Part shown: in pieces, positions 33,891 through 46,010 of the stretch
Layout: each line of letters opens with the position of its first letter
How positions within the stretch are numbered: the stretch's first letter is position 1
Source: Carpediemonas membranifera BICM
Taxonomy: Eukaryota > Protista > Fornicata
DNA length: 64,000 nt
NCBI GenBank assembly: GCA_019828565.1
Contig: JAHDYR010000067.1
Span: 841,864-905,863, forward strand
Reading direction: 5' to 3'
Made by a program: the position numbers and the translations under genes
Notes under the pieces: model-generated
What the model was told of the DNA's origin: nothing
Seen by the model: only the letters and a program-made list of their open reading frames with translations
The model's database searches: none

Positions 33891-36390
33891 GGCGGGAAGT
33901 GCACTTTTGCCAGCTTCTTGGAGGGGCTTGAGGAGGTCTGGTGGAGGTTCCAAGGGGCGCCAGCCAGCGATGTCCTGGTCTTGTATGGCTCCTTTCCCTT
34001 CCTCAGGGCGGATGGTTCAGGGGGCGAGGTATGCGAGGTTTGTTGCGGACCTTGTTTCCACACAAAACATGTCTGGCGAAAACCCAAAAGGGAACCTTAT
34101 TGCAGGGACAGGGAGCATCGCCCCACACGGGGCTGCTGTCCCTTATTCCCCCATGCGTCCGTTCCATCTCTCCTTCCACCTTCACGCCTCCTCCTGGCCA
34201 TTCGGCCGGCGCCTCCGCTGCCCAGCGGTCCCCAGAGGGGGAGGTGCATTACCAGGGGTTATGCACTCCGATCCCTATCGAGTCCTTGGCCCGAGTACGG
34301 CCTGGACTCCGATTTCGGGGGCGCCGCCTCTTTCCCCGGGAAGCAGGGCCCTCTTCGCACTCCGACGGGGGATCCCATATTCCCCTCCGGGCCCCAGGGT
34401 AGTCCCTTGCCTTGTGGCGGCAGGGGCTTCACCGCTCCTTCTCGGGAGTCCCCGACTCCTGGCCCGGCGACTCCTCGGGGTTGGGAGGCGCATTTCCTGC
34501 GGACCATAGCTGACGATTTTGCCCAGGTGGACGTCCTGGCCAGCCGGTGGCGGGAGCGTGCCGCTGCCTTTTCCTACCTGGCTCAGAATTACCGTGACGA
34601 GGACCTGAGTCCCCACGAGTCTAAGTCGGCTCGGGGTTTCGACGCTGAGCTGAGGGGCCAAATGCGGGTCTATAAGCGCCTTCGTGCTCGCATAGACGCC
34701 CGGCTGCACCAGCTGGTTGCCATTCACGCCCCTCGTCCTGTATCTTGTGGTCGCAGCCCGGTTGTTTCCTTCCTGGGTCGCGTCACTCCCAAGAGGTTGT
34801 GAGTCCTGGTAAACACCGTGATGGTTTATGCCTTTTGGCTTCGGCTGGGCGTTTCTTGTGGGGCTGTGGACGGGGCCCTCAGCGCTCCCGGTCTGTTGTC
34901 CGGTATGGCTGGTGTACTGGGGGCCTGTTGTGGTGGCCCTGTTGCCTATGCCGGCGGCGGGCGGCGATCCCGGCTCTCGTGGCGATGACGTCCACAAGCC
35001 CGGTCTTGGGCGGCATGAGAGCACGGGCGCCGGAGTAGTGTGGCCCAGTGGCCTCCCAGTGAGAGCCTATTGGCCGCCGGTCCCGGTGCTCTCGGGTTAC
35101 TTTGCCATATGGCCCCAGTTAAGTTGTCTGAGGCAATCGTGTCGCAGTGCCTCTGGGGCCTACTGCGGGTACCGGTTACGGTAGGGGTTTCAATCATAAA
35201 GGTGGCGCAGTACGCTTGTTCGCGTTGATTTCCCTTGTGGGTTTGTGCGAGGAGCGTTTAGTTGCGTCTGGTCCCCTTGTGGGTCCCAGGAGCATGGGCG
35301 GTAGGTTTTGTTTGTTGTTAGAGTACTGTGTATTCTGTCAACGCTTTCCTACCGAGGCTAACTTATTCCCTTTTGGGTGGTTTTTGCCTCTTGTGCATTT
35401 TTGGGCACACGAGGACGATCATCTGTTGCTCGACATAGCTTGGCGCACGGCGAGGTATACAGGGCAGGGGAGTGGGCTCCAGGTGAGGTGCGCACCTCAC
35501 CTGGAGCAGCCAGTTGTCCTCTGCCGGCCCGCTCTGGCGCTAACCTGCTTCGCAACGGGCGATCTCCTCCGGGGAGCAATTTGCTTCCCCAATGTGCCCT
35601 ATGGCTAGTGGGTTAGGAGAATACTTCCCATTTCTGCTCTCGTGCCCCAGAGCAGACGAACTCTTGGTCCTGAAATTACCATTTGGTGGATGCTGGCGCC
35701 GCGGGGCACCGTCGCTCGCTTCGAGCTCGAATAGCTTTCAATGAGATCCGATAAATCCCGATTGCCAGCTTTTGGCCTTTTTCCGGTTGGTTTCGTCAAC
35801 TTCCCATACCGGACATTTCGCGTCTGAGAAAGCAGTGACATCATAGCAGGGCTGGGGTTCCAGCCGAGGCACACAGCGTTCCAGGAGTTTGGCCCCCACC
35901 CAGCGTTCAGAGAGATCAGAGACGGGCACCAGGGCAACAGGTTCCTTGTAGTGCCAGACAGAGAACACAGGTTCGGCATTGGCTTCGGATTTGCAGAGGT
36001 AGCGATGGGGATGAAGGGCCTGCTCCTATCCCCTGACGCCTTCACTGACAGAGACAACAGAGTCACTAGGAACCCTATCTGGACACTGGAAGAGGAGCTA
36101 GACAACCCAGAGCAACTCAGAGCGGTCCAGGGCCGAGCCGGCCTTGGAGCGCACAACGAAGAGAACATGGTCACACTGTCACAGCTCGTCAACTGGTGGC
36201 CCAGCAGAGAGCGCATCGCCCGGCAAGAGACCTGGGGATGCGAAGAGCTAGCAGAGGCACTCAGAGAGTTTGAAGGGCGCATAGCCAATGTCAAAGCCCC
36301 CCGAACGCCAGAGCCTCCATCAGAGTCGCATTCATCCCCAGAGACTGGGGACTGATCAGAACCAGAGACGCGGGGTCTATCCTGAAGCGC

Positions 36391-37578
36391 ATGCGCTGGG
36401 AAGGCCGACGCATGGTCACCACAGTGATCCCGGAAGAGGCCAGAGTCAGAATGGGGGGCATCCCACCCAGCGGATACAAACCCGACGTGGACGGCAAGGA
36501 CGAGATGCCCTTCAGGGTCACGTACAGAGACACTCACCTCCAGACGGCAGTCGGCGAAGTCGAGCACCAAGTGGTAGGCAGGAACTTCAGAGACATCCTG
36601 GACCCTGCAACCCGGGTGGACAGACGCCGCGAGGACGAGCGCCGTGACCACAAAGAGATCAGGCGCCCGGACATCAGAGATGAGAGACACCACGACAGAG
36701 AGGTGGGTTACCAAGTTGACAGAGAGGCCAGACGGTCGGTCGACCAGGAGGTCAGGCGCCCTACTGGCAGAGAGATCGGACATCCCACCCACAGAGAAGC
36801 CATACACCTGGCCGACAGAGAGGCCAGACGTCCGGCTGACTATGAGGTCAGACGCCCCATCGCCAGAGAAGCTGACCAACCCACCGAAAGAGACATCAGA
36901 CACCCTGACGACAGAGAGGCTGGGCGCCTCATCGACAGAGAAATCAGACGTCCTGAAATCTATGAACGCGACACGGAGCTCGAACGTCTGGAAGCCAGGG
37001 CCAACAGAGCAGAACAGGGCGGTCTCCGGATCAGACCCGACTTCGAAGAGGCAGAGAGGCGCCAGCGGGAGAGAAACGAGTGGTTTAGAGAACATCTTGG
37101 AACAGCCAGAGACAACCGCAGAGGCAACCACTCCTCAGCAGCCGGCAAGCGAGGCAGCCAAGGCAGAGACGACCTATCCGAGTCAGGAAAGAGGAGCAGA
37201 CACAGTGACGACACCGCTGGGACGGTAAGAAGCAGACTACCGGACCAGCAGGACGCCGAGAAACAGAGGCTCCTACTTCAACTGGCAGAGGCACAGCGAG
37301 AAATCTCAGCCCTCAAGGCCGCCCGGCAGAGACCCGCAGACCTGGCAGGCACTGAACCCGACCCCCTTGTCAGACCACCGATTGAGATGGTCAAGAACAG
37401 AGACGCCGCGGTAGTGCCCCGTCGCAGGAACAAGAGCAGGAGAACCAGGACCACCAGACAGATGGACCCCATGGAGATGACACAGTTCATGTCCTTCATG
37501 GCCAACATGCAAGGTGGTCAGGCCCGCGACCCTGAACCGTATGATGATGCCAGTGAAAGTGAGGTCTCGGAGGAGTAA
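36391..37578 (+). CDS. LINE B ORF1-like protein with about 13 tandem 8-aa repeats and coiled coils
   Basis: Repeats REVGYQVD/REARRSVD/QEVRRPTG/REIGHPTH... at about 36650-36960. Lies upstream of the APE ORF. Confidence 0.6.
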   Translation: MRWEGRRMVTTVIPEEARVRMGGIPPSGYKPDVDGKDEMPFRVTYRDTHLQTAVGEVEHQVVGRNFRDILDPATRVDRRREDERRDHKEIRRPDIRDERHHDREVGYQVDREARRSVDQEVRRPTGREIGHPTHREAIHLADREARRPADYEVRRPIAREADQPTERDIRHPDDREAGRLIDREIRRPEIYERDTELERLEARANRAEQGGLRIRPDFEEAERRQRERNEWFREHLGTARDNRRGNHSSAAGKRGSQGRDDLSESGKRSRHSDDTAGTVRSRLPDQQDAEKQRLLLQLAEAQREISALKAARQRPADLAGTEPDPLVRPPIEMVKNRDAAVVPRRRNKSRRTRTTRQMDPMEMTQFMSFMANMQGGQARDPEPYDDASESEVSEE

Positions 37579-37625
37579 GTGGATCAGAGATAAAGCAGTA
37601 TTCTTTCAGAAACTAGTGTATCAGA

Positions 37626-37830
37626 CTTTCTTTCTTTATATATCCCTGGCTCCCACCCAGGGCCTGGCATTAGCCCACGGGCACTGCCAGTAGGTTGCAG
37701 GCGGCAGCCAAAGGGGGGGTCACGCCACTGCGCCCCCTCCTAAGTATCCATGCCCGAGGGCGAATCGGTCACCAAGAAGCACGGAGGCTGGCCCGCCAAG
37801 GGTTACCAAGACCGGCATCGAGGCCCCTTG
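37626..37830 (+). promoter_or_regulatory. Structured inter-ORF RNA element of LINE B (second copy at about 51885-52092)
   Basis: Hairpins ccctgg/ccaggg, ctggca/tgccag, ggttgc/gcagcc, gggg..ccactg..cccc, then cctaag. Differences between the two copies keep base pairing. Confidence 0.55.
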
Positions 37831-39648
37831 ACGGGACAGAGACACAGTGAACCCTTAGCCCCTGCAGAAATTCTCAGAATTCGCAGGATAAGGATCAGAG
37901 CATAGTACAACATGGAAACGTTCAAGATCTTAAGCCTGAACACTCAGGGGCACATAGGACGAGGAAAGGACTTCACGGCATCAATAGCAACAGCAATTCA
38001 AACCAAACTCAGAGACATTGAAGCGGTTTGTATACAAGAGACATGGAGAACAGCAAACACAAGAGTCCACAGCTTCATAGACTTCCAGTACGCTTTAGCA
38101 GGCAGAGAAACAGAGGAAACACTAGCAACAACGAACGAAAAGCGGAAAAGAGAGACCAGGTGCCAGCATCGCGTGAACAGACAACTGGGAATCACAGGTG
38201 ACGACCCCCTACACCCAAGTGGCACGGGACCAGAGAAGGCATCGGCACAATCGTAAGCCCGCATGCCAGAGCAACATGGGATGTCGGCATCACTGACAGC
38301 CTGTCAGGAAGAGTGCAGGCGAGTATTATGAGGACGAGCAGAGACATCATGGTAATCACAGTGTATGCACCCACTTCAGATAAAGGGAAGACAGTGAAAG
38401 ATCAGTTCAGAGACAACATCCAAGAGATACTGGACATGAAAGGGGACATGGAAGCAATCATCATTGGGGACTGGAACATGGCCCCAGGGCCGGCACACGG
38501 AACCACCAGGTGGAAGGACGTTATGGACAAACACAAACTCAGAGCAATCATACCAGAGAGGGGCACATTATCCAGTGGCAACACCACACCGGACTTCGCA
38601 ATGGTCTCAGAGGGAATCAGGAAAGCAGAGATTCAAGTGGTCAGCTCGACAGTGCTGGGAGTATGGGGGTCGGCCCACAAAGGGGTCAAGCTTGCCTGGG
38701 AAGAACCCCGATACAGAGCCAACAGAGACGATGACAGTGGCCTGGAAATGCCAGGAGTGCACACATGGAATATGAAAGAGAGGGAGGGCCACACAACAAT
38801 CAAGGAGCTAGACAGAAACGGATCGATAGATCAGTGGGAGGAGACAATCAGAGCCTGCCTGGGGGAACCAGCCGGGGAGAAGAGAGCCAAACCACGAGAG
38901 CAGATAGTACAAGACAGCGCATGGGCCGACCTCCATGAAACAGAATGGTCAGAAGCAGGCAACAAGGTGAGGACGAGACTAATGAACAGCGAACTGAAGA
39001 AGTGCTGGGACAAACGCAGAGAAGAGTGGATAGCCGACCTCAGCAAGAGCACAAGAGAGGGATACAAAGCATCGAGATCAATGGTAGAGGCTGCAGTCAG
39101 AAGATGGTGGTGCGACAACCAGTACAAAGGGATGCCTGGCAGCCTGCTCAAGGACGGAATGATCACCACGGACAAGGCCACGATCAGTGAAATCCTGCTT
39201 AAGCAGTATGCGAAGGTAAGTAGAGGCAGAGAACCAGAGTGGAAGGAGTGGCCTGGCATAGGAGGGGACGAATTCTCCAAGGAGGAAGTGAGAGCAGCCA
39301 TCAGTAAGATTAAGAGAGACACAGCCCCGGGCCCAGAGAACACAACAGGGACCATGCTAAGAGAACTCAATGAGCGAGGACTCAAGGAGCTTACCAGATT
39401 TATGAACAGGGTATATAGAGAAGGGAAGATCCCAGAGACGTGGAAATACGCAACAGTGTCAGCTATCCACAAGACCGGAAAACTCAGAGTTAAGCCAGAG
39501 TCGTATAGACCCATCTCGCTCACCCCGTTGCTGTACAGAGTATACGGTCGGCTGTTAAAGAAGAGACTGGAGAAGGCCACCAAAAGGTTCATACCCAGAG
39601 AACAGGCAGGATTCCAACCTGAAAGGGACGTAGTGCAGCAGATCCAGT

Positions 39649-42172
39649 GGAAGAAACGTGGAGGACGGCGAATACGAGGGTACACAACTTCATAGACTTC
39701 GACTACGCAATGGCAGGGAAGGAAACAGAGGAGGAGCTTGCTATGGACAACGAGAGGAGGAAGAAAGAAGCCCAAAGCCAGCGCCGAATAGATGCCCAGC
39801 TGGGCATAGCAGGGAGCAGTAGCCGGACGCCCAGGACGAGGGGTACTAGAGAAGGAGTGGGCACAATCATCAACCCAAGAGCAAGAGGGAGCTGGGACGT
39901 AGGCATCACAGATAGCTTATCAGGGAGGATACAGGTGAGCATACTCAGAACCCATAGGGACATCCTGGTGATCAACGTGTATGGCCCACCGGTCGGCCAC
40001 GGAAGGGAGGAGAAGGACGAGTTCAGGGACGGAATAAGGAGCATTCTGGAGATGAAAGGAGAGATGGAAACAATCATCATAGGGGACTGGAACCTCGACC
40101 CCAAAAGGATAGCCACAATGGCAAGATGGAAGGACCTGATCAGGGACTATAAGCTGGGAGCAGTGATCCCCATGGAAGGTACCCTCACCAAGGGAACTAC
40201 CACTCCGGACTTCGCGCTGGTATCATCAGGGATCAGAGGAGCAAGGATAGAAGTACTGGATGCTAGTCGACTCGGAGTCTGGGGGTCAGCCCACAACATG
40301 ATAAGACTGGAATGGAGGGAACAACGGATCCAAACGGACTACAAAGAGAGAGGAAGTCCTAGACATACCGGGCGTCAGAGTGTGGAACATGAGGAAGAAG
40401 GCTGAACGCACATCAGTCAGAAGACTGCACCGTTTTAAGAGCCTGGATGTGTGGGAGGAGGATATCAGGAAGGATATGGGCGAGCCGTCAGGTCACCCAG
40501 GCAGTGGATACAGGGAAGAGGTCATCAAAGAAAAGGTGTGGTCGGAGCTCCGGCACACACCATGGACAGAAGAGGGAAACAAGACCAGAAGTGAGATCAT
40601 GAAGTGTGAGCTACAGGCCTTCTGGGGAAAACGCAGGGAAGAGTGGATCCAGGACCTCAGCCGGAGCGCGAAGGAAGGATACAAAGCATCCAGGTCCATG
40701 GTGGAAGCAGCGGTAAGAAGATGGTGGTGTGAAAACCAGTTCAAGGGCATGCCAGAGAGCATACTGAAGGACGGGAAGATTACCACCAACAAGGAAGAAA
40801 TAGGTAAGATCCTCCTACAACAGTATGCAGGAGTGAGCAGGGGCAGGGAACCGGAGTGGAAGGATAGAGGCAATGGAAAGAGGGAGGACGAATTTAAGGA
40901 GAGAGAAATACGAGAAGCGATCAGAAGGATAAAGAGGGACACTGCACCGGGACCGGACCACACTACAGGGGACATGCTCAGGGACACAGATGACCAGGGG
41001 ATCGCTCAGATAACTAGGCTCATGAACAGGGTATACAGGGAGGGCAAGATCCCGACAACATGGAAGTATGCTACAGTCTCGGCCATCCACAAGACAGGGA
41101 AGCCCAGAGTGAAGCCGGAGTCGTACAGACCCATCTCGCTAACACCACTACTGTATAGGGTGTATGGTAGGCTCCTGAAGAGAAGATTAGAAGCAGCCAC
41201 ATGGCACCTCATCCCAAGAGAGCAAGCAGGGTTCCAATCGGATAAGGACGTAATACAACAGATACAATACATAGTGCAGAGACACCAGGAAGGGGGGGAC
41301 ACGACCTCAGTGTTCCTAGACATAGAGAAGGCATACGACACAGTGCCAAGAGACACCCTGATGGACAAACTCCAGGGAATGGGAGTGGAGGCCCACCTTA
41401 TCAGAGCAATCCAGAGCACACTACAAGAGACATGGATATCAGTGAAAGGGGCTAAGTCATGGGAAAGGACAAACAGGGGGGTGAAGCAAGGGTGCGTACT
41501 AGCCCCGACCCTGTTTGTTCTCTTCATGGCAAACTGGCCCCACCTGGTCAGGAAAAAGCACATGAGCGAGCCCTATGATATCAGAGAACCACCAGTGGAA
41601 ACAACAAGTACCAGAGACCCACTCCCGGCAGTGTTAACCATGTTTGTGGATGACACTGCAGTCACGGGAGACACACCGGTACAGAGCCAGATCATAGCAA
41701 ACCTGGTCATAGCGATCATCAGAGAACACGAAATGGGCGTCAACGAGCAGAAGAACGTCATGATCAGTGTCGACAGAGCAGCCACGGTCAGAATAGGCGG
41801 CGTCACGCTACTACCAGCGGAAGAGGCGAGGTACCTTGGACTATGGTTAGCCAGTGGCAGTGACCCCCTCAGAGCATGTATCGGGAAGAAGAAAGAACAG
41901 AGCAAGAGGTACCAGAACCTAGTGAGATGGGCGGGGTGGACTAGAGCAGACATGCCAGCGACAGCCAGCAGACTCCTCCTAGAAATCTACATTTGGCCGA
42001 GGATCACTTTTGGAATTGAAGTGTGGGGAAACGAGACAGGGGCCAGGAAGATCTGGAATGACTGGCAAGGTATCATGGCAGGCACTGGACCCGGAGGGGG
42101 CGCCGCCATGAGGCTGATGAACGGTTGGGTCGACCTCCAAGCCCACATGGAGATGCTTGCAGTGAAAACATA
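39649..42172 (+). mobile_element. Non-LTR retrotransposon C ORF2 (APE-RT), 5'-truncated and split by the TIR element; resumes at 51716
   Basis: ETWRTAN..INVYGP..IIGDWN; LDIEKAYDTV, GVKQGCVLAPTLF, MFVDD, RYLGL. Confidence 0.9.
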
Positions 42173-42242
42173 CTGTCAATTCCTTGACTTCAAGTCAAGT
42201 TTTTGTGACTTAAAGTCAAGGCCAAAACTTGACTTTAAGTCA
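42173..42242 (+). repeat. Left TIR (CTGTC tip and three TGACTTnAAGTCA palindromes)
   Basis: Read directly; reverse complement of 51646-51715. Confidence 0.95.
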
Positions 42243-43911
42243 AGACGTTTGAATTAATCAGAGGAACCAGGCTCTGTCAGTAAATAAGAATGGTATGGCT
42301 GGGTAGCAGTACTAGTTCTCTATTCACTGCATTGATGGCTAACTGTGGGCTAAGCTGTGACCTGAGTATGGGTGACTTCTTCTTGACGACGAGAGCCATT
42401 TTTTTCAAGTTCGACCACTTTGGCTCTGTCCCCTTCGCAGTTTTTTGCAGGATCTGATCTACACCAGTAGTGCTTGTGATCCAACAAAAATCTGCGAAGG
42501 GGACAGAACAGATCTCGAGATTTTTAGCAAAAGACTCGGGCCGAGTCGAGAGGCGTTATTGATGAGCGCACAGCTCAGGGAATTTTTCTACGCTGCAACT
42601 AAAAACCAAGAGGCCGAGTAAACACAAGTATTACTACACGATGATGCCCAGACCGTCGTGTAAGGAGAACATTCTTGGGCGGTCAACGCGAAGAAAAAGT
42701 TAAAGTTATTGGAATTAAAAAGACGGCAATGTACTCGCCCTTGGCTGAAACCTCAGGCATAATGGTTTCAGGTGTGAACTCTTCCAATTGGGGGAGTTAT
42801 TGTTATTGTTCAGTTTAAGGTCACGCCGCCTGCATGAAAAAAAAATGGTAATGACGGAAGCAATGTCGGATATATCCAGAAATGACTGTGATAGAGCTCA
42901 TAGCAAGACAGCATTCGAGATATTTGCCCATCTGAGCATGCTTTCGCTCATTCTAGATGGCATAAGCCTCTTTTCCCACAACTAATCAATATCAAGTCGG
43001 CTTTTACTCAGTATCGCTCGCTCAGACATCTGAAACGTCCCCATTGGCAATATAACACTGCTGGAACAGTGAAGTGGCGAGCATAGAGTTCTATTGATGA
43101 CGAAAGGTTGCGACCGGCAAGCGCCTGGTTCATACGGCCATTTGGGGCGGTGCGAGAGCCAATCTCGTTAATGAAAGGTAAGATGATGCGCGCATGAGTG
43201 TTTGTAGGGTCACTAACGACCTTAATGACGAGTTAGGACGTGTGTGGCAGGGCCGTGCGCTGCCGGAATACACAAAGGGCAGATTCGCCCCGTTGATTCC
43301 AGAAGCTCGCCGCTCTTCCACGCACGATAGTCAATACAGGGATAGATACACATCTGGACCTCTTTTATACAGCCAACCAGGCTCCGCATAAACTGCGCAT
43401 TTCAGATGACGCCCGATGAAGAAAAACACACGAGCGACGCCGGTATCGCCGGCGAAACGTATAGCATTAACGATTGAAGGGATAGAATTGGAGCTAGACG
43501 TTGTTTATGGGATTCAACGAGCGCACTTCATTGATTCTCGCATTGATGGTGAATTAGAGCAGATGAAGCGCTGCACGGCAAGGATCAAGACATTTTGTTC
43601 ATACTACATAGCAAATTACAACGAGTTTTCGATGTGAATAGATCTGTAAATAGAGAGAAACCTGTAGCAGCCGATAAACACTGTCAGTCAACAGCCCAAC
43701 CGAAGACACGCCAAAACACAAGCACAAGTCAGTTTTACTCAGTTTGATTCCCGCAATTGCAGAGTAGTTCTCATGGCAGTCTTTGCAGAGATTGCAGAGA
43801 TGATGGGGTGGGAGACACTCGATATTTGCATTTGTAGATGAGTTGGAGATAAATGTAGTCACTGACGCTAATCACCTTTTTGCAATGACACGGATGACGG
43901 AGTTCGTCATT

Positions 43912-44181
43912 CAATCTCGTTGCGAGCCATAAAGTGCACCAATAGTGGGAACCGACTTCCCACTATTTTCTCAGTGCCAATGAGCTATAGAGCTTTATTG
44001 AGGATATAAGCTTGCATAATAACACATCAATAGCGTCTGACGGCCGCTATGGCCCATGATACTCAATAACAACATCAAACGAGTCAAAGGAACCACGAAA
44101 CCACACAAGGAACGAGCTAGAAGAAACGATAGGAACTTTAATTGCATAAACAACATCAATACTGCCACCAGCTGTCCAGTC
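43912..44181. repeat. ~270-bp internal direct repeat (second copy at about 48655-48910) with an 11-bp-arm hairpin and the GCACTTTATG motif
   Basis: Near-identical blocks; aatagtgggaa-ccgac-ttcccactatt at 43941-43967 and 48673-48699. Confidence 0.85.
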
Positions 44182-44250
44182 AGCGCCCCAAAGCCAACAG
44201 CACCACGGCAGCACCACGACGCCACCGCAATTCATTCATTTACTACTGAC

Positions 44251-46010
44251 TCATTCCACAAAATAACAGTCATCCTCTGTGTTCTGTTGGGCAGACAGGT
44301 GCGATTCTGCCTTCCTCAGCTCAACAGGTGTTGCATGGTACACTTCCGCGTGTGCTGTGACGTCAGTTGGCGTGCCGGAGATATAAATGTAGTCATTGAC
44401 GCCAATCACGTTTGCAATGACACGGATGACGGACATGCTCGCATTAGTGTTTGTCAGGGTGATGTAACCCTTGTCTCTACCCTGGAAGAAGACGATTGTG
44501 CCGTCCTGGATGGATGCAATGGGCACGTTGTGAATCTGTGACCAGACCTGAATTGCGGTGTCCCGGCAGTATGGAAGACTGTCGTTCTTGCCACCCTTGC
44601 CTGTTGAACTGGCATGGCTGTAAAAGAGCTGATAGTCTGCCGGAAGTAGGTCGCGCTTCTGCATAATCCCTGCAGCAGCTTGAAGCTGCTTACGCCAATC
44701 TGTTGTCGGTACGTCACGCTCGTTAGACACATGCCTGAGGCAGTGGCCAACACAGTCACCATCGCCTGGGGGGTTGTACGGCTTGAACTTCGACCGGAGG
44801 TGACGTGTGAACTCGTCCAGGCAGTCCTCTCTCTCCTCGGTCTGGACATCCTTGTCATCTGTCGGGGTACGGTCGTCACCTTCGTTCATCTCAGTTCCAG
44901 TCTCGCAGGTCACAGGTCTGGCCTTCTCGGGCTCAGTCTGGATACAGGCGTCGCATTTGGTCACGTCCTCCTCATCTGACTCACCCTTCTTCTCAACAGT
45001 CACCTCCTCCTCTATCTCCTCCTCCTCTGACTCCTCCTCCGAGTCCTCTGGCCTGGCCTTCTCGGGCGTGATGATGAGGGCCTTGCGCTTCACAGACATG
45101 GAGGCCTCGGGCTCGTCCGTATCGCGTCGGGGACAGGAAGTCCTGGAGACTGTGCCAGACTGTGGCGGGATGGGGCTGCATGGGAGTGATGCATCTATGG
45201 ACTTGTCAGCGTCATAGGCTGCCTCTCGCTCAGCCTGCTGCTGCAGAAGGCGTCGATGCAGCGTGATGACTTCCTCACTCTTTGCCGTCAAGCTCTTCCT
45301 CAACTGCTTGACTCTCTTCTTGTATCCTCGAACAATTTTGTGATAGTAATCGATGATAGCGCCAGTACCTGGGGGGAGCAGGGGCGTACCTTCTCCCGCG
45401 GGGGTCTCCAACCATTCCAGGGCGATGATGTACTCTTCGAAGTACGAGCGGCAGGAGTGCTTCATGTAAGCAAGGTCTGCCTCCTTGCTGCGCACCCTGG
45501 CAACCATTGCTGTGACATGGTCGCGCACAAGCGCGTTGGTGGATGTCGCGTTGCGCCACGCCCGAACCTTGACACTCAGCGCCTCTTTTTCGATACGCGC
45601 GCCCTCATTCTCCTTGGCATACTCAGCCCTCTTGGAGTTCTTGAAGGCTGTGACAGCGGCCGACTCAAACGCCTTCATCTCCTTCTCCGTGAAGGTTGCC
45701 TCGATGATCTCGTTCGAGGTCTTATCCTGCACCTGCTGAGACAGCAATGCCTCGAGTTCTGCCTTCTTCTCGCCCTGAATCTCGAAATATGAGCACAGGT
45801 GGTTGAAGTTGATCCCTATATAAACATTTGCACCAATTACGTACCGTTCTTGACGACTATATCGAAGATATCGTTCTCGTCGAGCAATTTGTCCCGAAGA
45901 ACGGCACTCTTCGCCTTGTTTGTCTTCTTCTCCTTGAATTCGGTGATAACGGCCTCAATCACATCATCTGAGGTGCTCTCGATCCACTCGTGAAGGAATT
46001 CGAACGTCAT
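44251..46010 (-). CDS. Coiled-coil / acidic / OTU-like cysteine protease protein; spliced (intron 45816-45844)
   Basis: YNPPGDGDCVGHCLR..WRKQL matches the OTU Cys motif (DGxC), with a candidate His in the C-terminus (AHAEVYH). The 29-nt intron gtacgtaattggtgcaaatgtttatatag joins MTFEFLHEW..KNG to INFNHL..LLSQQ in frame. Confidence 0.7.

Larger units (their letters stand above)
25110..35620 (-). mobile_element. Non-LTR retrotransposon A (long MAEL-containing ORF1, structured spacer, APE-RT-CCHC ORF2, ~1-kb 3' region); ends approximate
   Basis: Collinear ORF1 fragments 33.9-30.0 kb and ORF2 fragments 29458-26085, with uniform purine-rich composition on the minus strand. Confidence 0.75.
35620..39648 (+). 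mobile_element. Non-LTR retrotransposon B (ORF1, spacer, APE and start of RT), 3'-truncated; 5' end approximate
   Basis: ORFs 35951-36355 and 36391-37578. APE from 37912 (SLNTQG, CIQETW, TVYAP, IIGDWN, TPDF, SAH) to ESYRPISL/REQAGF. Confidence 0.85.
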
